DNA of 32,000 nucleotides from Bacillus subtilis subsp. subtilis str. 168 (GTDB taxonomy: Bacteria; Bacillota; Bacilli; Bacillales; Bacillaceae). Where the stretch lies: the NCBI RefSeq assembly GCF_000009045.1, contig NC_000964.3, positions 3,870,001-3,902,000 of the forward strand, in the 5' to 3' direction. Shown piece by piece: positions 1 through 12,049 of the stretch. Positions within the stretch are counted from its first letter, which is position 1; the number at the start of each line of letters is the position of its first letter. The notes beneath the pieces were generated by a model. The model was not told the origin of the DNA, did not search any database, and was given only the letters and a program-made list of their open reading frames with translations. A program made the translations under genes and the position numbers.

Positions 1-671
1 AGCAAAGCCATTGTAATCATCGTAAACATGGCGTTTAATACGAATGAATTGGTTTTGATTTCCTTGAGTCCTTCCTTAAAAGACTGAAAGGCCTCTTTAA
101 TGTTTTCAGATTGAATCGGCACAAATTGCAGCTTGATGCGGCTGATAAAAAATGCCGAAACCAAGTATGTCACACCGTTAAAGGCAACAGCCAGCTCTAC
201 AGATCCGCCTAACAGAAAGAGCCCTCCGGCAGCCGCCCCGACGATAATGGAGATGGTTGTCGCTTTTGCAAATAACGTGTTGATGCTTTTAATATCTGAT
301 TCCAAGGACGACATGACAGCGAGACGGGCGGGATTAAAAAACACGCCGCTTCCATAAGTAATAAACAGCAGGGCCAGAAAAATCAGCGGATACTCGCCTT
401 TTGGAAGAAATGTGAGCCCCAAAAAGATGATGCCTCTGATGATATCCGTCCACAGCATGATCTTAATTCTGTCTAACCGGTCGACCAGAACACCCAAAAA
501 CGGCTGAAACACCATCGGAATGCTTCTGACCACGATGACCCCGGACGTCACCCAATAATCGTGATAATATGTAGACAAAATGAGCAGGGCAGGGAGAACA
601 CAATAGTCTCCCATGAACGATAGCGCCTGCCCGTAAAGCAAGTATTTAGAGTTGGGTTTCAGCTGTTTCAT
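1..671 (-). CDS. bacE: Bacilysin exporter, MFS family (5' part only; gene runs off the left edge)
   Basis: Minus-strand reading frame from ATG at 671 (MKQLKPNSKYLLYGQALSFMGDYC...) running to the window edge; hydrophobic MFS-like protein; start overlaps the bacD stop in a 4-bp ATGA. Confidence 0.9.
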   Translation of the reverse strand, partial: MKQLKPNSKYLLYGQALSFMGDYCVLPALLILSTYYHDYWVTSGVIVVRSIPMVFQPFLGVLVDRLDRIKIMLWTDIIRGIIFLGLTFLPKGEYPLIFLALLFITYGSGVFFNPARLAVMSSLESDIKSINTLFAKATTISIIVGAAAGGLFLLGGSVELAVAFNGVTYLVSAFFISRIKLQFVPIQSENIKEAFQSFKEGLKEIKTNSFVLNAMFTMITMAL

Positions 672-2086
672 ACTGGCAGCACATACTTTGCCGTCAGCTT
701 CGCATGCTGCTGAATTTGTCTGATTGATTCAGCCACATCCTGTGAATTACTGCCTTTCAGTTCAAATGCAGCAATGGAATTGAAAGCTTCAAACAATGTC
801 AAATCAACTGAAGTGCCTGGTGCTGCGGCCGAAAAAGAAACGATTTCAGTATCCCCTTTTAAAAGCCCGTCCGGAATATCGATCGCTTCAATGACCAAAT
901 CCTCAGCAGTTTCAGGAATTTGGCCATTTTGTTTGAAATGCTGCGGGTACAAATGGCAGTCGGCAACATAATAAGGCTCTTGATCCAATAATCCGTCCGG
1001 CAGATCGGCGTCTTTTCCGAAACAGAGGACATCTAATAATAATTGCGCCATATCAAGGCCAAAGACCTTTTTAATATTGGGGATCATATTCCAGCCGGCA
1101 AATCTGGCTGCCGACTCTATTAAACCCGGTTCTCTGTTTTTCATTAGCTTGATCTCTGTATGTGTTGCGCAATTTTGCAGTCCAAGCCCTTCATTTGCCT
1201 TTTTGGCAGCTTCGACAATTTTCTTTTTTGCCTCTTCATCCAGAATGGACGGCGTAATGTGGGATGTCTCTGTAAACCCGATTTGCGGCGTTTTATCATG
1301 AATGGCGATCGGGAAATACTCACCGTCAGCCATGATGCCTTCTATACTGATATAGTCGGAGTACCCTTCTGTTTGATACCAGTCTCCGTACTCACCCTGT
1401 AAAAATTCTTCAGCGATAAACGGCGCTTCAAACGTAACCGCCTTTGGCACGTTAATTGATTTCAGATAGTCATTGACTCTGTTAAATTCATCTTCTGCCG
1501 TCTCAGTGTCCGTAATCAGCGTTACACCGATAGAACTCGCTAAGTATGTAGGCTTTAAGATAAGAGGTGTGCCGATCTCTTCAAGAGCAGCACGGAAATC
1601 TTCAAGAGTTGTGACTCGTTTGTTTTTGATCGATTTGACTCCGGCCTTATTAAAAGCGTCCCTCATTTTATTTTTATCTCTGGCATTTTCGGCTGCCTGC
1701 ACGCCGGCACCTCTCAAGCCCAGACGTTCACAGGCTTTCGCCATCGGAGCAATGAATAATTCATTGTTTGTTGTGATGGCATCCGCCCCAAACATTTCGG
1801 CAACCTTGACGATTTGCTCGACGACCTCTTCCTCAGGCTTGTTATGATCTTCATGCGCCCAATAAATGGAATCAGGGTGTTCAAAATCAGCTAAACTCTT
1901 AAAATAGTCTTTATCTTTTATGACCGCGACCGAGTATTTTTCAATCAATGCTGCATGGGAGGCTGTAATTGCAAAAGGTCTTGGAATAAAGCTGACCAGG
2001 TTATATTTTTCAGCAGCGCTTTTATAAAACATGTGCGGCGGGCAGCCTCCAAGATCAGCGATGACCAATACTGTTTTTCTCTCCAT
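668..2086 (-). CDS. bacD: L-amino acid ligase (alanine-anticapsin ligase), ATP-grasp family
   Basis: 472-aa ORF MERKTVLVIADLGGCPPHMFYKSAAEKY... with ATP-grasp features; position within the bac operon. Confidence 0.97.
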   Translation of the reverse strand: MERKTVLVIADLGGCPPHMFYKSAAEKYNLVSFIPRPFAITASHAALIEKYSVAVIKDKDYFKSLADFEHPDSIYWAHEDHNKPEEEVVEQIVKVAEMFGADAITTNNELFIAPMAKACERLGLRGAGVQAAENARDKNKMRDAFNKAGVKSIKNKRVTTLEDFRAALEEIGTPLILKPTYLASSIGVTLITDTETAEDEFNRVNDYLKSINVPKAVTFEAPFIAEEFLQGEYGDWYQTEGYSDYISIEGIMADGEYFPIAIHDKTPQIGFTETSHITPSILDEEAKKKIVEAAKKANEGLGLQNCATHTEIKLMKNREPGLIESAARFAGWNMIPNIKKVFGLDMAQLLLDVLCFGKDADLPDGLLDQEPYYVADCHLYPQHFKQNGQIPETAEDLVIEAIDIPDGLLKGDTEIVSFSAAAPGTSVDLTLFEAFNSIAAFELKGSNSQDVAESIRQIQQHAKLTAKYVLPV

Positions 2087-2104
2087 ATGTAAAACACTCC
2101 TTCT

Positions 2105-4180
<2,076 letters not shown>

Positions 4181-4213
4181 GAGCACCAACCAATCTTTTA
4201 AAATTTTAAGTAA

Positions 4214-4242
4214 ATTTTATCCAGTGGAAATTGAACTGTCAA
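4214..4242 (-). promoter_or_regulatory. Sigma-A-type promoter for bacA
   Basis: Minus strand reads TTGACA - 17 nt - TAAAAT, 34-62 nt upstream of the bacA ATG. Confidence 0.8.
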
Positions 4243-4279
4243 TGTTTTTTGAAAATATTGATAATTATTCCCATACAAA

Positions 4280-4307
4280 CAAAAAAACCCTTTAAAAAGG
4301 GTTTTTA
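4280..4307 (-). terminator. Rho-independent terminator downstream of ywfA
   Basis: AAAAACCCTTTAAAAAGGGTTTTT inverted repeat between the ywfA stop and the bacA promoter, with a U-run on the minus strand. Confidence 0.85.
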
Positions 4308-4331
4308 ATTATAGGAATTTAGAAACTTTGT

Positions 4332-5570
4332 TTATTGAGATAAGGACTGATCGGCCTTCTGCTCAAGTTTGCCGTACTTTTTATATGCGAATACACTGAG
4401 CACAAATCCGAGGACTGTGATGGCGGCGCAAATCAATCCGACAGCTGCATAGCCGTATGCCACATATACGGGTCCCATTAAAGCAGAACCTAATGTCACG
4501 GCCAGATTCGAGGCGAGACTGTAAAACACCATGACTTTTCCTCGATGACGCTCTGAGCAGTCACTCAAAATGGTGCTGAGCAGCGTCACCGTCAAACTTT
4601 GCATTAATCCCCAAATAAATAGGCTGGCGATTAACAGAAACATAGACGCCGGCGCATATGGTAAACACGCCAGCAGAACGCTGATGACCCCCAGCGCAAT
4701 CAAAAGGGAGCGCATTTTTCCGATGCGGTCGGCTATCTTTCCTGTAATCACACTCATGGAAAACCCGATTCCATAAATCATGATAAATAAGCCCGCAGCC
4801 GTGTTTCCTCCGGTAAAAACGTCCTGAAGATAGGTGCCTAAAAAGGAATACATACCGTAAAAACCAATCATATTACAAAAGGTTATTGTGATATAAACAG
4901 GTACACGAGGGACTTTCAGCGCATCCCGGAATGTTCCTGCGGGCTCTTCTATTTCTTCCTTGCCGCTGTTTTTATGTTGGGCATGGCGGCGCATTTCAAG
5001 GAGAATCAGCAGAACAACTAAAACACCCATCAGGGCGAAAATCCAAAACGTCCATCTCCAATGCAGGACGCCGCCGATAAATGATCCGAGCGGCACTCCG
5101 AAAATCAGCGCCAGCGACCAGCTTGAAACGATCAGTCCCATCACCTTGCCCCGGTATGTATAAGGAACACGATCACCGACAACTGCGTAAGCGGTCGGAA
5201 CAAACGCTCCCGCAGCCAATCCCGAAAGCGCCCGGCCTAAAAAGAAGAAAAAAATATTTTGAGCTAAAGCGCATATCACCGTTCCTATGATAAAAATCAT
5301 AAGCCCGGCCAATAAGCTCAGTTCTCTGGAGTATTTATCGCCTAATGGAACCAAAAGCGGCGCACCGATAAAAATCATAACGCCGTAAATACTGATAGAT
5401 AACGCAAGGACGCTGACATCTGAGCTGAAGGCTTTTGCTAAATCCGGCAGCAGCGGTGAGATCACAAGCTCTTCAGATCCGGCTGCAAATACCCCCATCG
5501 TTAAAGCCAGTGCCAACAATAACGGAAAATGATGTTTTGTTTTGATGTCATTGTTTTGATTGCTGTTCAT
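4332..5570 (-). CDS. ywfA: MFS transporter, DHA-type efflux family
   Basis: 412-aa polytopic protein MNSNQNNDIKTKHHFPLLLALALTMGVFAAGSEELVISPLLPDLAKAF...; position between bacA and rocC. Confidence 0.92.
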   Translation of the reverse strand: MNSNQNNDIKTKHHFPLLLALALTMGVFAAGSEELVISPLLPDLAKAFSSDVSVLALSISIYGVMIFIGAPLLVPLGDKYSRELSLLAGLMIFIIGTVICALAQNIFFFFLGRALSGLAAGAFVPTAYAVVGDRVPYTYRGKVMGLIVSSWSLALIFGVPLGSFIGGVLHWRWTFWIFALMGVLVVLLILLEMRRHAQHKNSGKEEIEEPAGTFRDALKVPRVPVYITITFCNMIGFYGMYSFLGTYLQDVFTGGNTAAGLFIMIYGIGFSMSVITGKIADRIGKMRSLLIALGVISVLLACLPYAPASMFLLIASLFIWGLMQSLTVTLLSTILSDCSERHRGKVMVFYSLASNLAVTLGSALMGPVYVAYGYAAVGLICAAITVLGFVLSVFAYKKYGKLEQKADQSLSQ

Positions 5571-5745
5571 TCTTTCTCAAACACCTCTTCCATAATCTTC
5601 TTATCATAAAGTTGTATTATAGTTTAGCATTGTTTTTTCTCTATTTACAATTCGAACGAAATATTTATAAGTTTTATTATTTTCATTTAAATCCCATTAT
5701 ATATTTCTATATTTCATTCTAAAAATACATGAGGATGTAACACGT

Positions 5746-5779
5746 AAAAAAAGCTCTCCGGCCTCCCGGAGAGCTTTTT
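5746..5779 (-). terminator. Rho-independent terminator of the rocABC operon
   Basis: AAAAAAGCTCTCCGGCCTCCCGGAGAGCTTTTT; strong GC stem immediately after the rocC stop. Confidence 0.9.
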
Positions 5780-7195
5780 CTATTGCGCCTCTGTCTGCTT
5801 TTTTTCAATCGTTTCATGATTTATACGCTTTTTGATGCTTAGATGATAGTATGCATAACAGAAAATAATGATCGGCACACCGCAGTATAAGCCAATTCTT
5901 TGATCCGGAATGAAAATAAGGCTGATCAACACGCAGCCATATAAACAAAATCCGAGAATCGGGACTAGCGGATAAAGCGGCGTTCTGAACTCCAGATCAT
6001 TCACATTTCCGCCTTCTGCCAGGAAACGCCTGCGAAAGAAAAATTGCGACGCACAAATGGACATCCACGCGACAACTGTCACCATGCCCGAGATTGAGAT
6101 ACACCATAAATACACTGTTTCTGCAGCCATGACACTTGTCAGCAGCGAACAGCCTGAAATGCCTAGCGTAATCAGCAGGGCATTCATCGGCACGCCTTTT
6201 TTTGTCAGTCTGGTGAGAAAGGAGGGACCCATTTGATTTGATGAAAGTGACCACATCATACGCGACGCCGCATACAATCCCGAATTAGCAACAGATAAAA
6301 TGGCCGTTAAGATGACAAAGTTCATGATATCTGCCGAAAATGGGATGCCGATTTGATCGAGTACTGCTACAAACGGGCTTTCAATCACCCCCGCCGTTTT
6401 GTACGGAAGGATGGCAACCAAGACGAACATAGCGAGCACAAAGAAAAACAGCGTGCGCCAAATAACATTTCGAATGGACTTTGGCAGTGTTTTTTCCGGG
6501 CTTTCACTTTCCCCTGCCGCAATGCCGACAAGCTCCGTTCCCTGGAACGAGAAGTTTACCATGACCAGCGTAAACATAACGGCCAGCACCCCATTAGGGA
6601 AAAGCCCTCTATCAGTCATAAAGTTAGACAAAAAGGGTGTCTCCTGTCCGCCTTTAAAGTCAATCAAGCCAAACACAGCGGCTCCGCCAATCACAATAAA
6701 TAATATGATCGCCGCCACTTTGATGCTTGAAAACCAAAATTCCATTTCCGCAAAGCTTCTGACAGAGAGCGCATTAATCAAAAAGATGACGATGCCGAAC
6801 ACGAGGCACCATATCCAGATCGGAACGGAGGGCAGCCACCTTTGCATCAAAATGCCTGCTGACGTCAGCTCTAACCCTACTGTATTGGCCCAGCTGAACC
6901 AATACAGCCAGCCAATCATAAAGCCTGTCGACTGTCCCAGAAATTTAGTGGCGTAGGCCTGAAACGATCCGGCCACCGGCATGGCAACAGCCAATTCTCC
7001 TAAACAAAGCATGACGAGATACATTAAAAATCCGCCGATGATATACGCGGCAATGGCGCCGAGCGGTCCCGCCTGGCTAATGGTAAAGCCAGAGCCTAGA
7101 AACAGCCCAGTGCCAATCACCCCTCCCAAAGCAATCATAAACAAATGCCTGCTTTTCATGCTGCGCTGCAATTCATTTTTATGATTCTGCATCAT
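5780..7195 (-). CDS. rocC: Arginine/ornithine permease, APC family
   Basis: 471-aa ORF MMQNHKNELQRSMKSRHLFMIALGGVIGTGLFLGSGFTISQAGPLGA..., typical amino acid permease N-terminus; operonic with rocB. Confidence 0.96.
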   Translation of the reverse strand: MMQNHKNELQRSMKSRHLFMIALGGVIGTGLFLGSGFTISQAGPLGAIAAYIIGGFLMYLVMLCLGELAVAMPVAGSFQAYATKFLGQSTGFMIGWLYWFSWANTVGLELTSAGILMQRWLPSVPIWIWCLVFGIVIFLINALSVRSFAEMEFWFSSIKVAAIILFIVIGGAAVFGLIDFKGGQETPFLSNFMTDRGLFPNGVLAVMFTLVMVNFSFQGTELVGIAAGESESPEKTLPKSIRNVIWRTLFFFVLAMFVLVAILPYKTAGVIESPFVAVLDQIGIPFSADIMNFVILTAILSVANSGLYAASRMMWSLSSNQMGPSFLTRLTKKGVPMNALLITLGISGCSLLTSVMAAETVYLWCISISGMVTVVAWMSICASQFFFRRRFLAEGGNVNDLEFRTPLYPLVPILGFCLYGCVLISLIFIPDQRIGLYCGVPIIIFCYAYYHLSIKKRINHETIEKKQTEAQ

Positions 7196-8892
7196 CCTTC
7201 CCCCTTTGGTTCTTTTGCCGTGATGGTCATCCGGTAGCTTTGCAAAAGATGAACGGTGGTTTGCTGTATGAGGAGAGGCAATACATGAAATGTGTACGGT
7301 TTATAGACTCGTTCTGTCCATTTATGGCCGTCTTTTCCGTACACGCCCATATTAATGGATGGAATATTCAGCTTGCGTATGTCTTTGAACGGAATGGTCC
7401 CAATCATATTCCACCCAGGGAAGTTCCTGATAAAAGAATCAATTTCGCCATCGGTTTCGTGCAGTGATAAAAAACTGCCGTCTGCCAAGTAGGGGAAAAA
7501 CTTTTTGAAGACAAATGTTTCGCCTGTCGATTCAGCGGTTTTGTCAGCCGCTTCTTTAATCACATGCTGCAAAAGCTGATCTCTTGCGCTATCTTCTTTC
7601 AAATAGTTATGCGGCAGGTAAGGAGGTGCGTAAAATAGAATGACTTTTGCGCCTTGATCGGGGTCAAGCTTTTGAAGCTCTTCGATTGCCTGAAAGCATC
7701 TCATGCGAAGTTCAAGGTGCTCGTTGGCTTTGAATGTCTGCTCGATACACTGCTCGGGATCTATTCCCCGGTTTCTCAGCTTTTCTAAGTATTGCTCCAG
7801 GCTATACACTTGAATGCCCCATGATAAATGTTTCTTTGGCAGGTTGGCTCTTTTTACATATTCTTCGTAATAATCTGATAATTTTTGTTCTGTCTCCCGG
7901 CATGCTTCCTCAGTGACTTCAATAAGCAAATCCATCATTTCTTTTGCTGTTCTTTCATAAATAAAACAATTGAAATACAAGCTGGTGCTGACAGCCGTTT
8001 GCACATTATAGGATTCCTTGTTATCACGCTGATACAAACAGGATGGGGGCAGAACCAACTCCCCTTCAACCTTTTCTGCCAGATGGATGTTATTGTGGAG
8101 ACGGCTTGTGATTTCAGATGAAATGAAATTTGGGTCAATCCCTGCCAGTGTATCGCCAACATGGACTTCACGCCCGTAAATGTAAAAGCAAGGCAACAGT
8201 TTTCCCGCGGCTCCGGTATAGATATATCTTGTCTGATCACCATCGTAAAGCGGGGTAATAAAATCCGTATTAATAGCAGCCAAATAGTGAAGCTGTTTTT
8301 CTTTTTTTAGCCGGTTCAGCTCTGAAATGCTGGCGAGAATGCCCGAATGCTGGCTCTCCTCATCGGGATTGGCCATAAACAATACATTTCCCGGCAACGT
8401 CTCAAGGTTCTCCGAAAAATGCAGGAGATTGGCTAAATGCACGGCGATGCCGCTTTGCATATCGACAGATCCTCTTCCGAACATCCACTCGCCTGATTTG
8501 GCATCCCGCTGAACATCCTGATCGAACTCATAGCGGCTGAAATACTCGGCCAATTTCTCACAATCAAAAGCGATATCCTTTAAAGGGCCGAAATCTTCAA
8601 TTCCAACTGTATCCAGATGGGCATGGTAAATGACTGTATTTCGGCTTTCTCCATGTCCTTTAATAAACGCAAAAATATTTTTGCGTTTGTATGGGTCATT
8701 GGGAATGGCCTGTTCCCACACATGACTGGGGTTTTCCTGAAAATAAGGATAGCTCGTGATCACTTCTTTGATGAAATCTGCTTTTGTCCCTTCTCCAACG
8801 GTGCCGTTCACGCTGCTGAGGCTGACCAGAGATGCTGTCAGCGCCTCCACTCTTTCAGCCGGATTCATGTGACTGATTTTTGTATACTGCAT
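7192..8892 (-). CDS. rocB: M20-type peptidase/amidohydrolase-like protein of the arginine catabolic operon
   Basis: 566-aa ORF with M20-like motifs (VIYHAHLDTVG, GRGSVDMQSG, ANPDEESQHSG); 4-bp overlap with the rocC start. Confidence 0.95.
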   Translation of the reverse strand: MQYTKISHMNPAERVEALTASLVSLSSVNGTVGEGTKADFIKEVITSYPYFQENPSHVWEQAIPNDPYKRKNIFAFIKGHGESRNTVIYHAHLDTVGIEDFGPLKDIAFDCEKLAEYFSRYEFDQDVQRDAKSGEWMFGRGSVDMQSGIAVHLANLLHFSENLETLPGNVLFMANPDEESQHSGILASISELNRLKKEKQLHYLAAINTDFITPLYDGDQTRYIYTGAAGKLLPCFYIYGREVHVGDTLAGIDPNFISSEITSRLHNNIHLAEKVEGELVLPPSCLYQRDNKESYNVQTAVSTSLYFNCFIYERTAKEMMDLLIEVTEEACRETEQKLSDYYEEYVKRANLPKKHLSWGIQVYSLEQYLEKLRNRGIDPEQCIEQTFKANEHLELRMRCFQAIEELQKLDPDQGAKVILFYAPPYLPHNYLKEDSARDQLLQHVIKEAADKTAESTGETFVFKKFFPYLADGSFLSLHETDGEIDSFIRNFPGWNMIGTIPFKDIRKLNIPSINMGVYGKDGHKWTERVYKPYTFHVLPLLIQQTTVHLLQSYRMTITAKEPKGEG

Positions 8893-8965
8893 AAATTGTC
8901 CTCCTGATCAAAAAGTTGAAATCGTGCGATCCGCTAAAGAATCGCACGATTTTATTTCTCTCAAA

Positions 8966-10513
8966 TCAAAAAGCTTCGGACGTTGTTTTGGCTTGCATAT
9001 GAAGAATTAAGTAATCGGGACCGCCTGCTTTTGAGTCTGTTCCTGACATATTAAAACCGCCGAACGGCTGATAGCCGACAATTGCTCCGGTACATCCTCT
9101 GTTAAAATATAGGTTTCCGACATGGAAATCCTCGCGCGCCCGTTCAATGTGCGCACGGTTTTTCGTCAGAAGCGCACCTGTTAATCCGTATTCCGTGTTA
9201 TTGGCAATCTCCAGCATATGATCGAAATCACGCGCTTTGCAAATCGCAACAACCGGGCCGAAAATTTCTTCCTGCATCAAGCGGGCGTTTTCATCAACAT
9301 CTGCAAAGATCGTCGGCTGAATAAAGTAGCCTTTTGAATCATCGCCTTCTCCGCCGGCCAATAGCTTGCCTTCAGATTTGCCGATTTCAATGTATTTCAT
9401 CACTTTGTTGTAGGATGCTTCATGAATCACGGGACCCATATACGTATCAGGATCTTCTGGATTGCCGACAGTCAGCGTTTTGGTCAGCGCCACAGCTTTT
9501 TCCACCACTTCATCATACACATCCTGATGAATGACCGCGCGGGAGCCCGCAGAACACTTCTGTCCTGAATATCCAAATGCTGAATACACGATAGAGGATG
9601 CAGCAAGGTCAAGATCAGCGTCCTTGTCGACAAGCACTGTGTCTTTTCCGCCCATTTCTGCAATTACCCGTTTGAGCCATTTTTGGCCCGGCTGCACTTT
9701 GGCAGCTCGCTCATAAATCCGGCAGCCGACTGCACGGGAACCTGTAAATGAGACAAACCGTGTCTTCGGATGCTCAACTAAGAAATCACCGATCTCCGCA
9801 CCATCTCCCGGAATGTAATTCAGAACGCCGTTTGGCAGACCCGCTTCCTCCATGACCTCGACAAATTTTGCTGCCACTACCGGGGCTGCGTCAGCCGGTT
9901 TTAAGAGAATCGTATTTCCTGTCACAATCGCTGCCACCGCTGTTCCCGCCATAATCGCGAGCGGGAAGTTAAATGGAGAAATGACGATGCCGACGCCAAG
10001 CGCTTCGTAATGATATTGATTGACCTCGCCAGCACGGCTCTTCACCGGAGCCCCTTCCTTGAGCTTTAACATTTGGCGCGCGTAGAACTCTAAAAAGTCT
10101 ATCGCTTCAGCCGTGTCCGCATCTGCTTCCTTCCACGGTTTTCCTGCTTCCTTCACAAGATAGCTTGAAAATTCATGCTTTCTTCTGCGCAAAATAGCCG
10201 CTGCCTTAAAGAGAATATTTGCGCGGTGCTCCGGTCTTTGTTTTTTCCAGGAATCAAATGCCTGCAATGCGGCTTGCATCGCTTTTTCAGCAAGCTCTTG
10301 ATCCGCTGTAGACGCGTACCCAATGATCTCTTCTTTATTTGCCGGGTTAATAGAAATGATTTTGCGGTCCGTTTCAATTTTTTCTCCATTTATGACAAGC
10401 GGATAATGCTTGCCGAGCTGAGTGTTTACAAAGGCCAATGACTCCCCAAATGCAGTTTTATTCTTTGCTTCCGTAAAATCGGTAAATGGTTCGTGCGCGT
10501 ATGTGACTGTCAT
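8966..10513 (-). CDS. rocA: 1-pyrroline-5-carboxylate dehydrogenase (delta-1-pyrroline-5-carboxylate to glutamate)
   Basis: [29 protein letters not shown]...; aldehyde dehydrogenase motifs ([13 protein letters not shown]). Start at ATG 10513 with GAGGGGGA upstream rather than the ORF-track start. Confidence 0.97.
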
Positions 10514-10561
10514 ATGTAGTCCCCCTCGTGTTATGAAATATATCTTCGCATATGAATAAAA

Positions 10562-10578
10562 ATGCAAGAATCATGCCA
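10562..10578 (-). promoter_or_regulatory. Sigma-54 (SigL) -24/-12 promoter of rocABC
   Basis: Minus strand TGGCATGATTCTTGCAT matches TGGCAC-N5-TTGCW. Confidence 0.9.
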
Positions 10579-10665
10579 TTTTCTTGTCTTTTGCTGAAAA
10601 AACTTGTTGAATCGAACAGAAATTTGTCTAACAGGTGATCACCTTTCTCTTTTTCCGATCTTGAA

Positions 10666-10682
10666 CGCAAATTTATTTTGCG
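10666..10682. promoter_or_regulatory. RocR binding site / enhancer palindrome 1
   Basis: CGCAAATTTATTTTGCG, near-perfect palindrome centred about 10674. Confidence 0.85.
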
Positions 10683-10709
10683 TTTTTTGCTCTTTACGCA
10701 AAAAACAAA

Positions 10710-10726
10710 TGCAAAATTATTTTGCG
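10710..10726. promoter_or_regulatory. RocR binding site / enhancer palindrome 2
   Basis: TGCAAAATTATTTTGCG, near-perfect palindrome centred about 10718, 44 bp from the first. Confidence 0.85.
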
Positions 10727-10739
10727 GAGGCTTCTCAAA

Positions 10740-12014
10740 TTAGACCCATCCGCGGAAACGCGATGCTTCTGCCGATTTTCTGATGCCCGTCATGTAAGCC
10801 GCCAAACGCATATCCACTTTATGTGTTGCCGCTGTTTGATAAATTGTTTCGAACGAGCTGACCATGACGCTTCTCAGTTTTTCTGCAACCTCTTCTTCCG
10901 ACCAATAATATCCTTGGTTGTTTTGCACCCATTCAAAATAAGAAACCGTGACGCCGCCGGCACTCGCTAGGATATCCGGCACAAGCAGCACGCCTCTTTC
11001 ATTCAGGATCTTAGTGGCATCAATGGTTGTCGGGCCGTTCGCCGCTTCAACGACGATTGACGCCTGAATGTTATGTGCGTTTTTGGCTGTGATTTGATTG
11101 GAGATCGCGGCAGGCACTAAAATATCGCAATCCTTTTCAAGCAGCTCCTCATTTGTGATGACGTCAGTAAATAAATTGGTGACCATACCAAAGCTGTCCC
11201 GTTTATCGAGCAAATAAGGGATATCAAGGCCGTCTGGGTTGTAGAGCCCGCCATTGGCATCAGAAATCCCGATCACCTTCGCGCCCGCATCGTGCATGAA
11301 TTTGGCCAGGAAGCTACCCGCGTTTCCAAAGCCCTGTATGATGATGCGCGCGTTTTGCAGCTTGATCCCTTTTTTCTTCACCGCCTCTTCAATACAAATC
11401 GTGACGCCCTGTGCCGTCGCTGTTTCCCGTCCTTGCGATCCTCCCAAAACAAGCGGTTTACCTGTAATAAAGCCCGGAGAATCGAATTCCCGCAGCCGGC
11501 TGTACTCATCCATCATCCACGCCATAATCTGCGAATTGGTGTACACATCGGGAGCTGGAATATCCTTTGTCGGACCGACGATCTGGCTGATGGCACGGAC
11601 ATACCCCCTGCTCAGCCTTTCCAGTTCTCCAAATGACATTGTCCGCGGATCACAAATAATACCGCCCTTCCCGCCGCCGTAAGGAAGATTGGCAATCCCG
11701 CATTTGAGCGTCATCCAAATGGATAATGCCTTTACTTCCTCTTCATTAACTTCTGGATGGAAGCGAACGCCCCCCTTTGTCGGACCGACAGCATCATTGT
11801 GCTGTGACCGGTAGCCTGTGAACACTTTGACGCTCCCATTGTCCATTTTGACCGGAATGCGGACAGTGAGCATTCTCTGCGGCTCTTTCATGAGTTCATA
11901 CATATCTCCCGGATAACCCAGCTTCCGAAGGGCTTCCTTAATGATTGTTTGGGTAGACAGAAATAAGTTAAGAGCTTCTTTTTCTTCATCTTTCGAGACT
12001 TGCTTTGCTGACAT
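10740..12014 (-). CDS. rocG: NAD-dependent catabolic glutamate dehydrogenase
   Basis: MSAKQVSKDEEKEALNLFLSTQTIIKEALRKLGYPGDMYELMKEPQRML...; GDH motif PVGPTKGGVRFHP is present (here AVGPTKGGVRFHP). Start assigned at ATG 12014. Confidence 0.96.
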   Translation of the reverse strand: MSAKQVSKDEEKEALNLFLSTQTIIKEALRKLGYPGDMYELMKEPQRMLTVRIPVKMDNGSVKVFTGYRSQHNDAVGPTKGGVRFHPEVNEEEVKALSIWMTLKCGIANLPYGGGKGGIICDPRTMSFGELERLSRGYVRAISQIVGPTKDIPAPDVYTNSQIMAWMMDEYSRLREFDSPGFITGKPLVLGGSQGRETATAQGVTICIEEAVKKKGIKLQNARIIIQGFGNAGSFLAKFMHDAGAKVIGISDANGGLYNPDGLDIPYLLDKRDSFGMVTNLFTDVITNEELLEKDCDILVPAAISNQITAKNAHNIQASIVVEAANGPTTIDATKILNERGVLLVPDILASAGGVTVSYFEWVQNNQGYYWSEEEVAEKLRSVMVSSFETIYQTAATHKVDMRLAAYMTGIRKSAEASRFRGWV

Positions 12015-12049
12015 CTTTTTCACCTCATTGTTTTTTTGGCCGGCTGTAA

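Noticed and set aside
6399-6956. Plus-strand ORF of 185 aa opposite rocC
   Set aside because: It is antisense to the conserved permease rocC with no recognisable domain, so it is most likely a shadow ORF.
10664-10690. AACGCAAATTTATTTTGCGTTTTTT as a Rho-independent terminator
   Set aside because: It has a T-run on the plus strand, but flanking genes are transcribed on the minus strand and the stem is weak and AT-rich. The match to RocR enhancer boxes explains it better.
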